DNA of 64,000 nucleotides from a virus (taxonomy: Duplodnaviria; Caudoviricetes): IMG/VR virus record IMGVR_UViG_3300033066_002255; one strand, 5' to 3'. Under the pieces are notes generated by a model. That model was not told where the DNA came from, made no database searches, and was given only the letters and a program-made list of their open reading frames with translations. Of this stretch, positions 22,027 to 32,244 are shown piece after piece. The translations under genes were made by a program, and so were the position numbers. Each line of letters starts with the position of its first letter. The first letter of the stretch is position 1.

Positions 22027-23043
22027 ATGGTAAATCATCAAGAGGATTATTTAGTTGTAAATATAGTTGAGAAATTTTTAGGTACGCCGAAAAGCGATAG
22101 AGACCCAGAAAAAAGAACTCAATGGGAATTTAATTGCCCATCTCCTACATGCAAAAAAGACCATGGTAAGTTTAATCTTGCTTATAATTCTAAAGATAAA
22201 ATTTTTAAATGTTGGAAATGTAAATATAGCGGGGTTATTTATAGACTTGTAAAAGAGTATGGCTCTAGTGATGATTTTAAAAGATTAAAATTAATTTTAC
22301 CAGAATATAAAATTAATTCCTTTAATGTTTTTAAAAAATCTGAAGTAAATTATGATTCAATTTTATGTGAAATGCCCAATGGGTTTTTGCCTTTAAATGC
22401 AAATAGACCAAGTGCATTATTTAAAAAAGCATATGATTATGCAATTAATATAAGAAAAATAAGTAAAGCTCAAATTGATAAATACAATATAGGTTATACA
22501 GAAACAGGCCCAAGAAAATTTAGGATTATATTTCCATCTTATAATTCTAACAATAGAATGAATTATTTTGAGGCTAGGTCTTATTTGGATTCTCCTAAAA
22601 TACCATACTATAAACCTGACTATCCTGATAAGCAAGATATAATATTTAATGAAAAATTTATTAATTGGGATTTACCTATCTATTTAGTAGAAGGGGTTTT
22701 TGATGCTTTAAGGATACCAAATTCAATACCTATGCTTGGTAAAACACCTTCTCCGTTACTGCTAAAAAGAATAATAGAGAATAATGCTACTGTAATAATC
22801 TGCTTAGATGTAGATGCTTTTAAAGATGGAATAGAAATTTATAAACAACTACATTCATTAGGTATTAATGTTTTTTTTATAGAATTAAAAAAAGAAAGAA
22901 ATACAAAAGATAATAAGAAAATAAAAGTAAAAGATATATCAAAAATTTTTGAAGAAGAGGGCCAAGAAGGAATAAATAAAATTTTAAAAACAGTTAGAAA
23001 GATAGATTTTGCTTTTGAAATTAATAAACTATTAAACGAATAA
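22027..23043 (+). CDS. DNA primase (Zn-binding + TOPRIM)
   Basis: CPSPTC...FKCWKC zinc site, RIIFP, LVEGVFDA, CLDVDA, KDIS. Confidence 0.88.
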   Translation: MVNHQEDYLVVNIVEKFLGTPKSDRDPEKRTQWEFNCPSPTCKKDHGKFNLAYNSKDKIFKCWKCKYSGVIYRLVKEYGSSDDFKRLKLILPEYKINSFNVFKKSEVNYDSILCEMPNGFLPLNANRPSALFKKAYDYAINIRKISKAQIDKYNIGYTETGPRKFRIIFPSYNSNNRMNYFEARSYLDSPKIPYYKPDYPDKQDIIFNEKFINWDLPIYLVEGVFDALRIPNSIPMLGKTPSPLLLKRIIENNATVIICLDVDAFKDGIEIYKQLHSLGINVFFIELKKERNTKDNKKIKVKDISKIFEEEGQEGINKILKTVRKIDFAFEINKLLNE

Positions 23044-23049
23044 TTAAAT

Positions 23050-26000
23050 ATGAAAATTGCGCATATTGCAGATATACAAATTAGATTTGGGTCAAGACAT
23101 GAAGAATATAGAGAAGTATTTAAAAGACTTATAAATGATTTAATAAAAATTAAGCCAGACAGAATTGTTGTAGCTGGAGACATTAATCATCATAAAATTA
23201 ATATTTCTCCAGGTTCTTTTGATTTATGTTCTGAACTTCTAATTGGATTAGCAAGGATTGCTCCAACTGATGTTATTCTAGGAAATCATGATATGAATTT
23301 GCAACAATTAGAGCAAGGAGACTCAATAAGTCCTATTTTTAATATATCAAAATTAATTCAAGAAGATGATAAAAAAATTGCTTATATTGTAAGTAATGAA
23401 AATAAACATGAAATAGATTTTTCTCAAAACGCAGTTTATTATTACCCAGATAGTGGGTTTTATAGATTAAATCCTAAATTAGAATATGGAGTTTTTTCTA
23501 TGAAGGATGATAAAATAATTAAACTGGAAAAAAAGGAAGCTGGCGTAAATTATGTTGCTTTATTTCATGGTCAAATCTTCGGTTCAAGAGGAGATAATGG
23601 TCATATACTTCAAGGAGATGATTTAGTTAGACTTTCAACGTTTAATAATTTTGACATTGTTATGCTAGGAGATATACATGAATACCAAACTTTCAGAGAA
23701 GATGAAAGTATGGCATACTGTGGGTCTTTAATACAACAAGATTATGGGGAATCAATTGATAAAGGTTATTTATTGTGGGATATAGAAAGTAGAAAACACA
23801 TTAGAAAATTTGTGCCAAATGATTATGGATTTGCAAAATTAACTTTAGCTAAAGGTGAGAAATTCGAAGAGCGTATAGAGCATTTAAAATTTAGCAACAA
23901 TAAAAAGAAAACCAAAATTAGCATTGTCTGGGAAGACTTGGAAGAAAATTTCTCTCAAGAAAAAGAGAATCAAATGGTAAAATTAGTTAAAGATAAATTT
24001 GGTTCTGAAATAGTAAAAGTACAATTTGAAGCTGTAGGAAAAAATGTCTATGTATCTGAAGAAGAAAAAATAGAAAAAGAGGAAACTAAAGAAAGTGAAG
24101 CTTATTTAAAAGAATTTTTAACAGAAGGTGATTTTGAATGTACTGAAGAAGAATTATTAGAATTACTTAAATTTCACAGAGAAACAAATAAAATTTTAGA
24201 AATTGATGAAAAGGAAGTTGAGCGTTCTGAATGGTATCTTAATAAAATTGAGATTAGCAATGTTTTCTCTTTCCCTATAAAACCAACTATAATAGAATTT
24301 GATGAGCTATCTGGACTTACTGGTGTATTTGGAAAAAATGGACATGGAAAATCTAATTTTTTAAAAGCTTTAGTTTGGGCTCTTTATGAAGAGATTTTAG
24401 GAGGAAGTCATCAAAAGTTCTTGGTAAATCTATACACTGATTCTAATCGTGGATATGCTAAATTATGGATTACAATTGATGGGCAAAAATATTTCATAGA
24501 AAGAACAGTTAAAACAACCATAAAAAGGGATGGTTCAACTTCTAATTCTTATTCCGTGAAATATAAAAAACTTGAATTTGAGTACGATGAAAATGGAGAT
24601 TTAGACAATGAAAAATGGAAAGATGAAGAATCTGATGAAAAGACAAGAGAAAAAGATGAAGTAAGAAAACTTATCGAAAATGCAATTGGAACATTTAATG
24701 ACTTTACAAAAACTTCTTTGCAAACGCAAGGAGGTAAAGATGATTATTTACAAATGTCTCAACAACCAAAAAATAGTTTAATTGCAAGATATCTTAATTT
24801 GGAGCCTTATACGTTAAGGTATGATTTTAGGAATGAAACATTCAAAGACATTAAAAAGAAACAAAAAGAACTTGGTGATAAAATAGCAGTTGAAGATATA
24901 ATAAGAAACTTAGAGAAAGAAAAAGATATTAAATTAAAAGACTATAACGAAACTGTAAAAGAGAAAGAAACAAATTCTTTAAACAAAGAAAAGATAGACC
25001 AAGAAATTTTAGAACTTACTAAAAGACTTGAAAAAATTGAACCAGTTGCAATAAATGATAGTACAACAGTTTTAAAATTTATTCATACTTATACCGAAGA
25101 ATCTAAAAATATTAATTCTGAAATTATAGAATTAGAAAAATGGATTTCTAAAAACTTTAAAAAAGAACTTCCTTTTGATGGTTCTATTTCTCTTGAATCT
25201 CTTGTTGATTCTTTGAAAAGCGAAGAAACAAATAAAACGAAAGAAGAAGCTGATTTAAGCACAGGAGAATTATGGTTAAAAAATAATGTAGAAAAAAATA
25301 TAATTGACACTACTGAAATAGAAAAAGATATTGATAATATAAAAGAAAGTATTGTTCATCTTGAAGCTCAGTCTAAAACTTATGCTGGAAAAAAATGTCC
25401 TACTTGTGGAACAATTCACCAAAAAGCAGACCCAATAAAAGAAGAAGAATGTTTAGATGACATTACTAGACAAAAAGAATTATTACAATACAAACAAAAT
25501 ATCATAAAAGAAAATAACGATAATAAAAATCACAATTCTAAAGTTACATTAGCTATTGGTAAAATTAATTTATTAAAACAAAGTTTAAAAAACAGAGAAG
25601 ACAAAATCATTAGCATTAAAGAAAAAATAGAGTTATTAAATAGTTCTCAAGATATAATTAAACACAATAAAGAAGTAGAAGAAAAGTCTTTATTATTAAC
25701 TCAAAAGAAAAATAAATTTAATTTAAATAATAAAGAAGTAGAAAAATTAGAAGATAATCTTAAAAAATTAGAAAGTAATGCTATTAAATTAGAAAATAAT
25801 AATTTAATAGAAATAGAGATTAAAAATAAGAGTGAAATGTCTAAAGAATATAAGATAGTTCTTTTTAATTTAGAAAAACAATGCTCTAATTTATTTGCAG
25901 ACATCAAAGTAATAGAAAGCAATATCACAGTTCAAACAAAAAAACTTATTGATATTACTGAATATGAAAAGATGTATAGAAAATATTCTATATATCTTCA

Positions 26001-26508
26001 AGCTATGCACAGAGATGGTATTCCAGCTTTAATTATAAGAAAAAAAGTGCCTCTTATTAATCACAGAATAAACACTATTTTAGAACAAGTAGTTAAATTT
26101 AAAATAAATTTAGAAGTATTGGCAAACGGAGATGTTGTAGAAACCTTTTATTATAGCGAAGATAAATCTGATATGTTACCTCTTTCATCTGCTTCTGGAG
26201 CACAAAGATTTATTTCTACTATTGCGATAAAAGATTCTTTTCATTTTATTAGCAAATTACCTAAGCCTTCTTTAAGTATAATTGATGAAGGTTTTGGTAC
26301 TCTTGATGATGACCTTACTTTTGAAATAATGAATATTCTTAATTATTTAAAAAATAAGCATAAAAATGTTATTGTAATTTCTCATAGGAATGAAATAAAA
26401 GATTTTGCTAATAACATTATTGAAGCTACAAAGGTTAAGAGTGGTATTCCTCAAGAAATATTAGATAAAAACCCTGACGCTGGAATAACGAAATTAACTA
26501 AATTATAA
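23050..26508 (+). CDS. Fused SbcD/Mre11 nuclease - SbcC/Rad50 ATPase (gp47-gp46-like)
   Basis: HIADIQ, AGDINH, GNHD, LGDIH nuclease motifs, then Walker A GKNGHGKS, coiled coil with CPTC hook, SASGAQ signature, IIDEGFGTLD, ISHR. Confidence 0.92.
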   Translation: MKIAHIADIQIRFGSRHEEYREVFKRLINDLIKIKPDRIVVAGDINHHKINISPGSFDLCSELLIGLARIAPTDVILGNHDMNLQQLEQGDSISPIFNISKLIQEDDKKIAYIVSNENKHEIDFSQNAVYYYPDSGFYRLNPKLEYGVFSMKDDKIIKLEKKEAGVNYVALFHGQIFGSRGDNGHILQGDDLVRLSTFNNFDIVMLGDIHEYQTFREDESMAYCGSLIQQDYGESIDKGYLLWDIESRKHIRKFVPNDYGFAKLTLAKGEKFEERIEHLKFSNNKKKTKISIVWEDLEENFSQEKENQMVKLVKDKFGSEIVKVQFEAVGKNVYVSEEEKIEKEETKESEAYLKEFLTEGDFECTEEELLELLKFHRETNKILEIDEKEVERSEWYLNKIEISNVFSFPIKPTIIEFDELSGLTGVFGKNGHGKSNFLKALVWALYEEILGGSHQKFLVNLYTDSNRGYAKLWITIDGQKYFIERTVKTTIKRDGSTSNSYSVKYKKLEFEYDENGDLDNEKWKDEESDEKTREKDEVRKLIENAIGTFNDFTKTSLQTQGGKDDYLQMSQQPKNSLIARYLNLEPYTLRYDFRNETFKDIKKKQKELGDKIAVEDIIRNLEKEKDIKLKDYNETVKEKETNSLNKEKIDQEILELTKRLEKIEPVAINDSTTVLKFIHTYTEESKNINSEIIELEKWISKNFKKELPFDGSISLESLVDSLKSEETNKTKEEADLSTGELWLKNNVEKNIIDTTEIEKDIDNIKESIVHLEAQSKTYAGKKCPTCGTIHQKADPIKEEECLDDITRQKELLQYKQNIIKENNDNKNHNSKVTLAIGKINLLKQSLKNREDKIISIKEKIELLNSSQDIIKHNKEVEEKSLLLTQKKNKFNLNNKEVEKLEDNLKKLESNAIKLENNNLIEIEIKNKSEMSKEYKIVLFNLEKQCSNLFADIKVIESNITVQTKKLIDITEYEKMYRKYSIYLQAMHRDGIPALIIRKKVPLINHRINTILEQVVKFKINLEVLANGDVVETFYYSEDKSDMLPLSSASGAQRFISTIAIKDSFHFISKLPKPSLSIIDEGFGTLDDDLTFEIMNILNYLKNKHKNVIVISHRNEIKDFANNIIEATKVKSGIPQEILDKNPDAGITKLTKL

Positions 26509-27053
26509 TGGCTAAGAAAAAAAATAAAGATAATCTTCCTTCTAAAGAAGACGCTTCTTCTGCAATGAATTTTATAAAAGAAAAACAAGCAGAAAACAAT
26601 TCTATTGACCCTAATGAAAAATTAAAAAAAGAATTAGAGTTAAAAGAAAAAGAACGTCAAATTGCAGAACAAAAATTACTTTTTGAAATTCAATCAAAAA
26701 TTAAAAGAAAATTAAGAGAAAACCTTAAGAAGAAAAAGCAAAAAGAAAAAAAAGAATTTATAATTAAAGAATTAGAATCAGGCAATAGAATAAGTTGGAT
26801 ATCAAAAAATAATGGACATATCTTAAAAGGATTTTTAGATAATAACGAAATTTTTGAAATCAAGAGAGGGCTAAATTTATTTAGTTTATATTTAAAAAAA
26901 GAAATTACTATTAAAGAAATAGTAATATTAGAAAATAATAAAAAATTGACCGAAAAAAAAATAGGGCCTTCTTATTTGGCTTGTTCTACTAATTTAAGCA
27001 AATTAAAAATAAAATCAGAAAAGCTTATTCAGCTTATCAATCTTACTTTGTAA
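26508..27053 (+). CDS. Hypothetical Lys-rich protein
   Basis: 181-aa ORF coupled to the previous stop codon. Confidence 0.65.
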   Translation: MAKKKNKDNLPSKEDASSAMNFIKEKQAENNSIDPNEKLKKELELKEKERQIAEQKLLFEIQSKIKRKLRENLKKKKQKEKKEFIIKELESGNRISWISKNNGHILKGFLDNNEIFEIKRGLNLFSLYLKKEITIKEIVILENNKKLTEKKIGPSYLACSTNLSKLKIKSEKLIQLINLTL

Positions 27054-27749
27054 CTTTTTAGTATCATCAGCTATCTTCTTTTGCTTTGCATCATTTTGTT
27101 TAACATTTGGCTTAGCTACTACTGGCTCTGTCTTTTTAATAAAAGGTTGTGGCTTATTTACATTTGGAGTCTCAATAGGCTCTTTTTCATTTGCAGGTTT
27201 ACCATTTTTAATAGCACCAAGCTTATCTTGTACTTTTTTTGCAGTTTCTGGGCTAAAGGAAATTAAAACATTAGTCATTGCCGAATCATTAGGGTTATAG
27301 CCAGGAAGATTTATTTCAGAGAACATTCTTCCTGTAAAAAACATTGACTTTATATTATTTGCTTTAAATAATCTCCATTCATTAAATGCTTGAGCACTTC
27401 CTTTTCTTTTACCTTTCTCGTTAGTTGTCTCTATAGCTTTTTTTTCTGATTGTCCCTCTACATGTATACCTCTTATTAATAATTGGCCATTTTTTCCATA
27501 ACCCATAGCTACGGGTTGTACAATTCTAGTTTTCCAAATTGGCATTTTATATTTATCATTATTACTTTGGAAAATAAAACCCACTTCAAACCCACCTTCA
27601 ATAGCTTGTTTCATGATATTCATATCAAATTTTACTCTTTTAGAGCTATTTGCATATAAATCTTCTGCCTCAGCTAAAATCTCTACTTCTTTAATAAAGA
27701 TACCAGCTAATTCTTGTAATCTATTTTTATATGACTCTGATAACAACAT
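27015..27749 (-). CDS. WYL-like domain protein with N-terminal leader MLLSESYKNRLQELAGI
   Basis: Start moved to ATG 27749 just after a TATTTATT motif; TRIVQPVAMG...LLIRG...WRLFKANNI...PGYNPND. Confidence 0.65.
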   Translation of the reverse strand: MLLSESYKNRLQELAGIFIKEVEILAEAEDLYANSSKRVKFDMNIMKQAIEGGFEVGFIFQSNNDKYKMPIWKTRIVQPVAMGYGKNGQLLIRGIHVEGQSEKKAIETTNEKGKRKGSAQAFNEWRLFKANNIKSMFFTGRMFSEINLPGYNPNDSAMTNVLISFSPETAKKVQDKLGAIKNGKPANEKEPIETPNVNKPQPFIKKTEPVVAKPNVKQNDAKQKKIADDTKKLQSKIDKLNKLF

Positions 27750-27804
27750 TCCTTTAATAAATATTTTGTAAAAAGAATAAAAATTAGTATTTTTACCATA
27801 CTTT

Positions 27805-28725
27805 ATGGAAATACAAAAAAATAAAACAGAAGAATACGAAGCACTAAAGGCTGAAAATGTAAATAAAATACACATTAGCTTTAGTGAGTTTTCTCTTTTT
27901 AATCAATGTGGTCATAGACATTTGTTAGAAAAACACTTAGCTATTATACAGCAACCTCCGTCTATACACTTATATTTTGGAAATGCAATGCATGCCTCTA
28001 TAGAAAATGCGCTAAAAACAGCTCTAAATGTAGAGCAAACTGTCACTTTCTTTAGGACTACTTTTTCTAAAGATATGATGGATAATATGAAAGATACGAA
28101 TGATTTTAAAAATGATTTTGATAATTTTTTAAATCAAGGAGAAAATATTTTAAGAATATTGGATTTTAATAAAATATTTGAAGATTATGAAGTAGTATCA
28201 ATTGAAGAGGCTTTGTATGAAAATTTACATGAAAACTTTTATTTTAAAGGGTTTATTGATTTAGTTATAAAAAATAAAAAAACTGGTAAATATAAAATTA
28301 TAGACTGGAAAACTTCTGGAGTTCTTTGGGATTTACCTAAAAAAATGAAAGATAAAATATTCTTAGGTCAAATGAGATTTTACAAGTTTTTTTGGGCAAG
28401 AAAAAATCAAATTCCATTAGAGAATATTGATTGTGGTTATATTGTCCTTAATAGATTAAAAGTTAAAACAAATCCAAAATCTACTCCAGGAGAAATTCAA
28501 ATGGTCGATGTTAATTCTACAGAAGTAGAAATAAAAACTTCATTAGAAAGTTTAGCAAATACGATTAAAATGATACACATTGATAAAAAGTTTCCAAAAA
28601 TAAAACATATATCTGGTGTAGGAGGTTGTATTTTTTGTCCCCTAAAAGGCGGTAAGCATCCTCTGTGCAACGATAGTGAGGTACAATATAAAACCATAAT
28701 AAAAGAGCATAAAGCTTTAAAGTAA
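27805..28725 (+). CDS. PD-(D/E)xK nuclease, Cas4/AddB-like
   Basis: ISFSEF...C, FKGFIDLV, IIDWKT, QMRFY and C-terminal CIFC..C (possible 4Fe-4S). Confidence 0.85.
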   Translation: MEIQKNKTEEYEALKAENVNKIHISFSEFSLFNQCGHRHLLEKHLAIIQQPPSIHLYFGNAMHASIENALKTALNVEQTVTFFRTTFSKDMMDNMKDTNDFKNDFDNFLNQGENILRILDFNKIFEDYEVVSIEEALYENLHENFYFKGFIDLVIKNKKTGKYKIIDWKTSGVLWDLPKKMKDKIFLGQMRFYKFFWARKNQIPLENIDCGYIVLNRLKVKTNPKSTPGEIQMVDVNSTEVEIKTSLESLANTIKMIHIDKKFPKIKHISGVGGCIFCPLKGGKHPLCNDSEVQYKTIIKEHKALK

Positions 28726-28749
28726 ACCAAGGTAATTCTTGGTTTTTTT
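28724..28749 (+). terminator. Intrinsic terminator
   Basis: AAACCAAG-GTAATT-CTTGGTTT followed by T run. Confidence 0.7.
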
Positions 28750-28783
28750 GTTTATAATACTTATATTTTATAAAATTGAATAT

Positions 28784-29179
28784 ATGGCATATTATAGCAA
28801 AGAAGAGATAACAGGATTTATAAATTCATCTTGTGAAAAAATAACAAAAGAAAGACATACGCCTTTAACAGACCCTCAAGAGGCAATGAAGAATCTTACT
28901 GACGAACAAGATATTGTTGGTTTTTTTTGGCTTGAAGTAAAGTCAAATGGAGGTACAGGAATTGGTATTGATATGGAAGGAAAGGTTTTTGTTAGACTTA
29001 ACTCAGAAATATATACTGATGATAGATTTGCACTTGATTCATATCATGCTGCAAAAGAAGGGTGTTCTGTAACAGATATCATAAAAAGAAGAAGCGAAGA
29101 ACAAAAAAATGCATCTGCTGAATTGGGAGGTGATGTTTTAGAAAAATTAAAACAAGCTTTTATAACTAAAAAAGATTAA
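28784..29179 (+). CDS. Hypothetical protein
   Basis: Start moved to ATG 28784 downstream of a TTG-N20-TATATTTT promoter. Confidence 0.7.
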   Translation: MAYYSKEEITGFINSSCEKITKERHTPLTDPQEAMKNLTDEQDIVGFFWLEVKSNGGTGIGIDMEGKVFVRLNSEIYTDDRFALDSYHAAKEGCSVTDIIKRRSEEQKNASAELGGDVLEKLKQAFITKKD

Positions 29180-29180
29180 T

Positions 29181-29540
29181 ATGACACTACAAGAGCTAGA
29201 AGAACTTAAAGAGTGCAATGAGCTTGACATGTTATATAAAATAGAAGATAAAGTTAATAGCATAAAAGGCCTAACAGAAAGAGTTTTAAAAGGAGTAAAA
29301 TCTAACGGTGTAGAAGTCAGAAAGACTCTTCAAGATATTCGCTTATTATCAGAAATAATGAGAGATGAAATTCAAAATAGAAGATTTAAGAATAAAGACA
29401 AAGAAGATACTAAACTTTATCAAGAAATTGATAAAGAGAAAAAAAGATTAATAAAAGAAGAAGAAAGACTAAAAAAGTTAGAAGAGAAGAGAGAGTATTT
29501 AAGAATTCAGAAGTTAGAAGAGCAAAATAAAATACAATAA
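29181..29540 (+). CDS. Hypothetical protein, weakly Hc1 (histone H1-like) family
   Basis: KGVKSNGVEVRKTLQDIR...RDEIQ resembles the Hc1 core GNKAAGxRARK.Q....R.E.Q. Confidence 0.45.
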   Translation: MTLQELEELKECNELDMLYKIEDKVNSIKGLTERVLKGVKSNGVEVRKTLQDIRLLSEIMRDEIQNRRFKNKDKEDTKLYQEIDKEKKRLIKEEERLKKLEEKREYLRIQKLEEQNKIQ

Positions 29541-31480
29541 TGGCTAAAAGAGTAAAAAAAGAAATATCTCCTAAAAAAGAAGTTTTAGTTAATATCAAAA
29601 AACTTAAAACTAACTACGAATTGAGATATGACTATTGTAAGGTTTTGACAGAATATATAAAAACTCTTCCCAAAGAACATAGAGGAGTAAGGGTTGATAA
29701 CGTCATTACTATAGATGGCAAAGAGAAAGAAGAATGGGTAAGACTCGTTAGAGAAGTTGCTATGGGCCAAATAATCTCTTTCATGCTTGATAATAATATA
29801 CAATTTTATTTTGATAATGTTTCTGAAGAAGATATTGCAAAATTAAGACTTGAATATTTAGATAGACAAAAAAGACTTGCGCAATTATTAAAATTAAAAG
29901 CAGAACAATTAGTTGTTTCAGATGAGCCTTTAGTTTTTATGAAAAAGCAACCTTATCACTATCAAAAACAAGCAGTTCAATTTTTTGAAATATCAAACGG
30001 TAAGGCAATTCTTGGAGACCAACCTGGTGTAGGTAAAACTTGTTCTGCATTTACATATGCCGCAAAACATAAATTAAAAACTTTAGTTGTTTGTCCATCT
30101 TCTCTTAAAATAAGTTGGAGAAATGAAATTTTAGATTTTACTAATGAAAAAGCTTTTATCTTTAAATTTAAACCAAAGAAAAAAAGTAAATTAATTGCAC
30201 ATAAAAAGAATGATTCTTTATTTCATATTGTAAATTATGAATCATTAGAAACATATATAAAACTCGAATATAAACATGTTTGTAAAGGACAAAAACTTAT
30301 ACCAGGAAAAGGTATGCAAACTTGTAATACCGAGATAATTGACCTTGTAAAAAAGCATAAAGAATGTCCTATTTGTAAAAATCAAAACTCTTTTAAGTCA
30401 AGAAAAATAGGACACAAAGTATTTACAGATGACTATGATGAATACATAAATCCTGAAGACTATGACCTTATAATTATTGATGAGTTTCATAGAATAAAAG
30501 AAAAAAAAACAGGTTGGACTCAAATTATCATTGAAGCATTTAGAGATGTTATACCAAGAAAATTATTATTATCTGGGACTGCGATAAAAAGTAGACCTTC
30601 TGAACTTTTTATCGGATTAAATTTTTTAGAACCTCAAATTTGGAATAATCAACATGAATTTGGAGTAAGATACTGTGCTGGATTTGAAGATACTTTTGGA
30701 TGGAAATATGATGGAGCATCTAACTTAGAAGAATTGTACGAAAGAATGTCTCCAGTTTTTTTAAGACGTTTAAAAAAAGATGTCTTAAAAGATTTACCTC
30801 CTAAAACTTATACTCATATTCCTGTTGAGTTGACTAATGAAGAATATAAACAATATAATTCAATCCTTGATGAGTGTGTTAAAATTGTTGATGGGAAAGA
30901 AGTTAAGGAAAGTTATTTAGTAATCATAAATAAACTTAAATTATTTTTAGCAAAATGCAGATTAAAAAGAGTGACAGAATTTATTCAAGAAGTTGTTGAT
31001 TCTGGAGAAAAAGTTGTAATCATGTCAGACTCTCAGGAAATAGCAGAAGAAATTAATAAAATCTTTGAAGGGGTTTGTGTTTTACATACTGGCGCCATGA
31101 GTGATGAAGATAAGCAAGAGTCTGTAGATAGATTTCAGAAAGATAAAAAGATAAAAGTATTTTCTGGGATGATTATAGCTTCTGGTGTAGGTATTACACT
31201 TACTGCAGCGAGCAAATTAATTTTCATGGGTTTTGCGTGGACACCTTCCGATATGGAACAAGCTGAAGATAGAATTCATAGAGCATCAACAACTCATGAT
31301 AATATTCAAATAATTACGCCTTACTGTATAGATACTATTGAAGAAGATATTTTAGAATTATTAGATGAAAAATCTAAAATTGTTGGAAAAGTTTTAGATA
31401 ATGTTCCAACAAAAAAAGAAGTTAAAAAGGCTGATGAAAATATCATGAAGAGTTTATTTGGTAGAATACAGCTTAAATAA
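29540..31480 (+). CDS. SNF2-family (SMARCAL1/HARP-like) helicase with a Cys-rich insert
   Basis: PYHYQ, GDQPGVGKT, VVCPSS, IIDEFH, LSGT, LRRLKKDV, GVGITLT, QAEDRIHR. Confidence 0.92.
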   Translation: MAKRVKKEISPKKEVLVNIKKLKTNYELRYDYCKVLTEYIKTLPKEHRGVRVDNVITIDGKEKEEWVRLVREVAMGQIISFMLDNNIQFYFDNVSEEDIAKLRLEYLDRQKRLAQLLKLKAEQLVVSDEPLVFMKKQPYHYQKQAVQFFEISNGKAILGDQPGVGKTCSAFTYAAKHKLKTLVVCPSSLKISWRNEILDFTNEKAFIFKFKPKKKSKLIAHKKNDSLFHIVNYESLETYIKLEYKHVCKGQKLIPGKGMQTCNTEIIDLVKKHKECPICKNQNSFKSRKIGHKVFTDDYDEYINPEDYDLIIIDEFHRIKEKKTGWTQIIIEAFRDVIPRKLLLSGTAIKSRPSELFIGLNFLEPQIWNNQHEFGVRYCAGFEDTFGWKYDGASNLEELYERMSPVFLRRLKKDVLKDLPPKTYTHIPVELTNEEYKQYNSILDECVKIVDGKEVKESYLVIINKLKLFLAKCRLKRVTEFIQEVVDSGEKVVIMSDSQEIAEEINKIFEGVCVLHTGAMSDEDKQESVDRFQKDKKIKVFSGMIIASGVGITLTAASKLIFMGFAWTPSDMEQAEDRIHRASTTHDNIQIITPYCIDTIEEDILELLDEKSKIVGKVLDNVPTKKEVKKADENIMKSLFGRIQLK

Positions 31481-31530
31481 GTTATTAAATTTCATTTTTT
31501 GCATCTATTTATTAGAAAATAATCCCTAAG

Positions 31531-32196
31531 ATGAAAATTACAGAACAAGAACTACAAAGCCTTATAAAGGAAGAAGCAATGCGTTTGAAAATGAGAATGA
31601 TGCTTGAATCTGAGAAAAAAAGTATTCTAAAAAAACTACAAGAAATAGAAGAATGTGATATGATGGAATCTGAAGAAACTGGAAGTATTGCATCTGCAGA
31701 AATAAATCCAGAGACTATACAAAAAGTAGAAAGAAGAACAGAAGCTATAATGTCTCATTTAAATCCAGAATTAGCTAATAAAGCACTAGAAGAACTTCAA
31801 AACGCTGGATTATTAGGTGCATCTGAAGAAGAAATTAAAAATAAAATTGCAGAAATGCTTCCTATGAATGAATCTCTTATAAGTGAAGAATTTAATAAAT
31901 CGAAGCTTTATAATTGGTTAATAGGCGCAGGATTAGGTGCAACAGTAGCTGGACTTGTTTCTACAGTAATAGGTTCATTAAGCACTGCTGAACTCTCTAA
32001 TTTAGCAGATTTTACTGGAGCAACAGTAACTCCATCTGCAACAGTTATAGCTGGATTAGTAACTTCAGCAATTGGTGCTATTTCAATGGGAGCTGGTAAA
32101 TATGGCAAAGAAAATATAGATAATACTCAAAATCAAATGGACCCTGATACAGCTGCTAAAATAATAGCTGCAAGAAAATTGAGAGGTTTAAAATAA
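31531..32196 (+). CDS. Late protein with leader and two hydrophobic helices (putative head-packaged/ejected protein)
   Basis: MKITEQELQSLIKEE leader; LIGAGLGATVAGLVSTVIG and VIAGLVTSAIGAISMG segments; TATTTATT at 31506. Confidence 0.6.
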   Translation: MKITEQELQSLIKEEAMRLKMRMMLESEKKSILKKLQEIEECDMMESEETGSIASAEINPETIQKVERRTEAIMSHLNPELANKALEELQNAGLLGASEEEIKNKIAEMLPMNESLISEEFNKSKLYNWLIGAGLGATVAGLVSTVIGSLSTAELSNLADFTGATVTPSATVIAGLVTSAIGAISMGAGKYGKENIDNTQNQMDPDTAAKIIAARKLRGLK

Positions 32197-32210
32197 AAAA
32201 TAAATTTACA

Positions 32211-32244
32211 AAAAAGGCCAGAATGTTTATTTCTGGCCTTTTTT
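32211..32244. terminator. Bidirectional intrinsic terminator between convergent genes
   Basis: AAAAAGGCCAGAA-loop-TTCTGGCCTTTTT. Confidence 0.85.

Noticed and set aside
30260-30460. Intein in the SNF2 helicase
   Set aside because: The insert is too short and lacks N-terminal C/S and C-terminal HN splice motifs.
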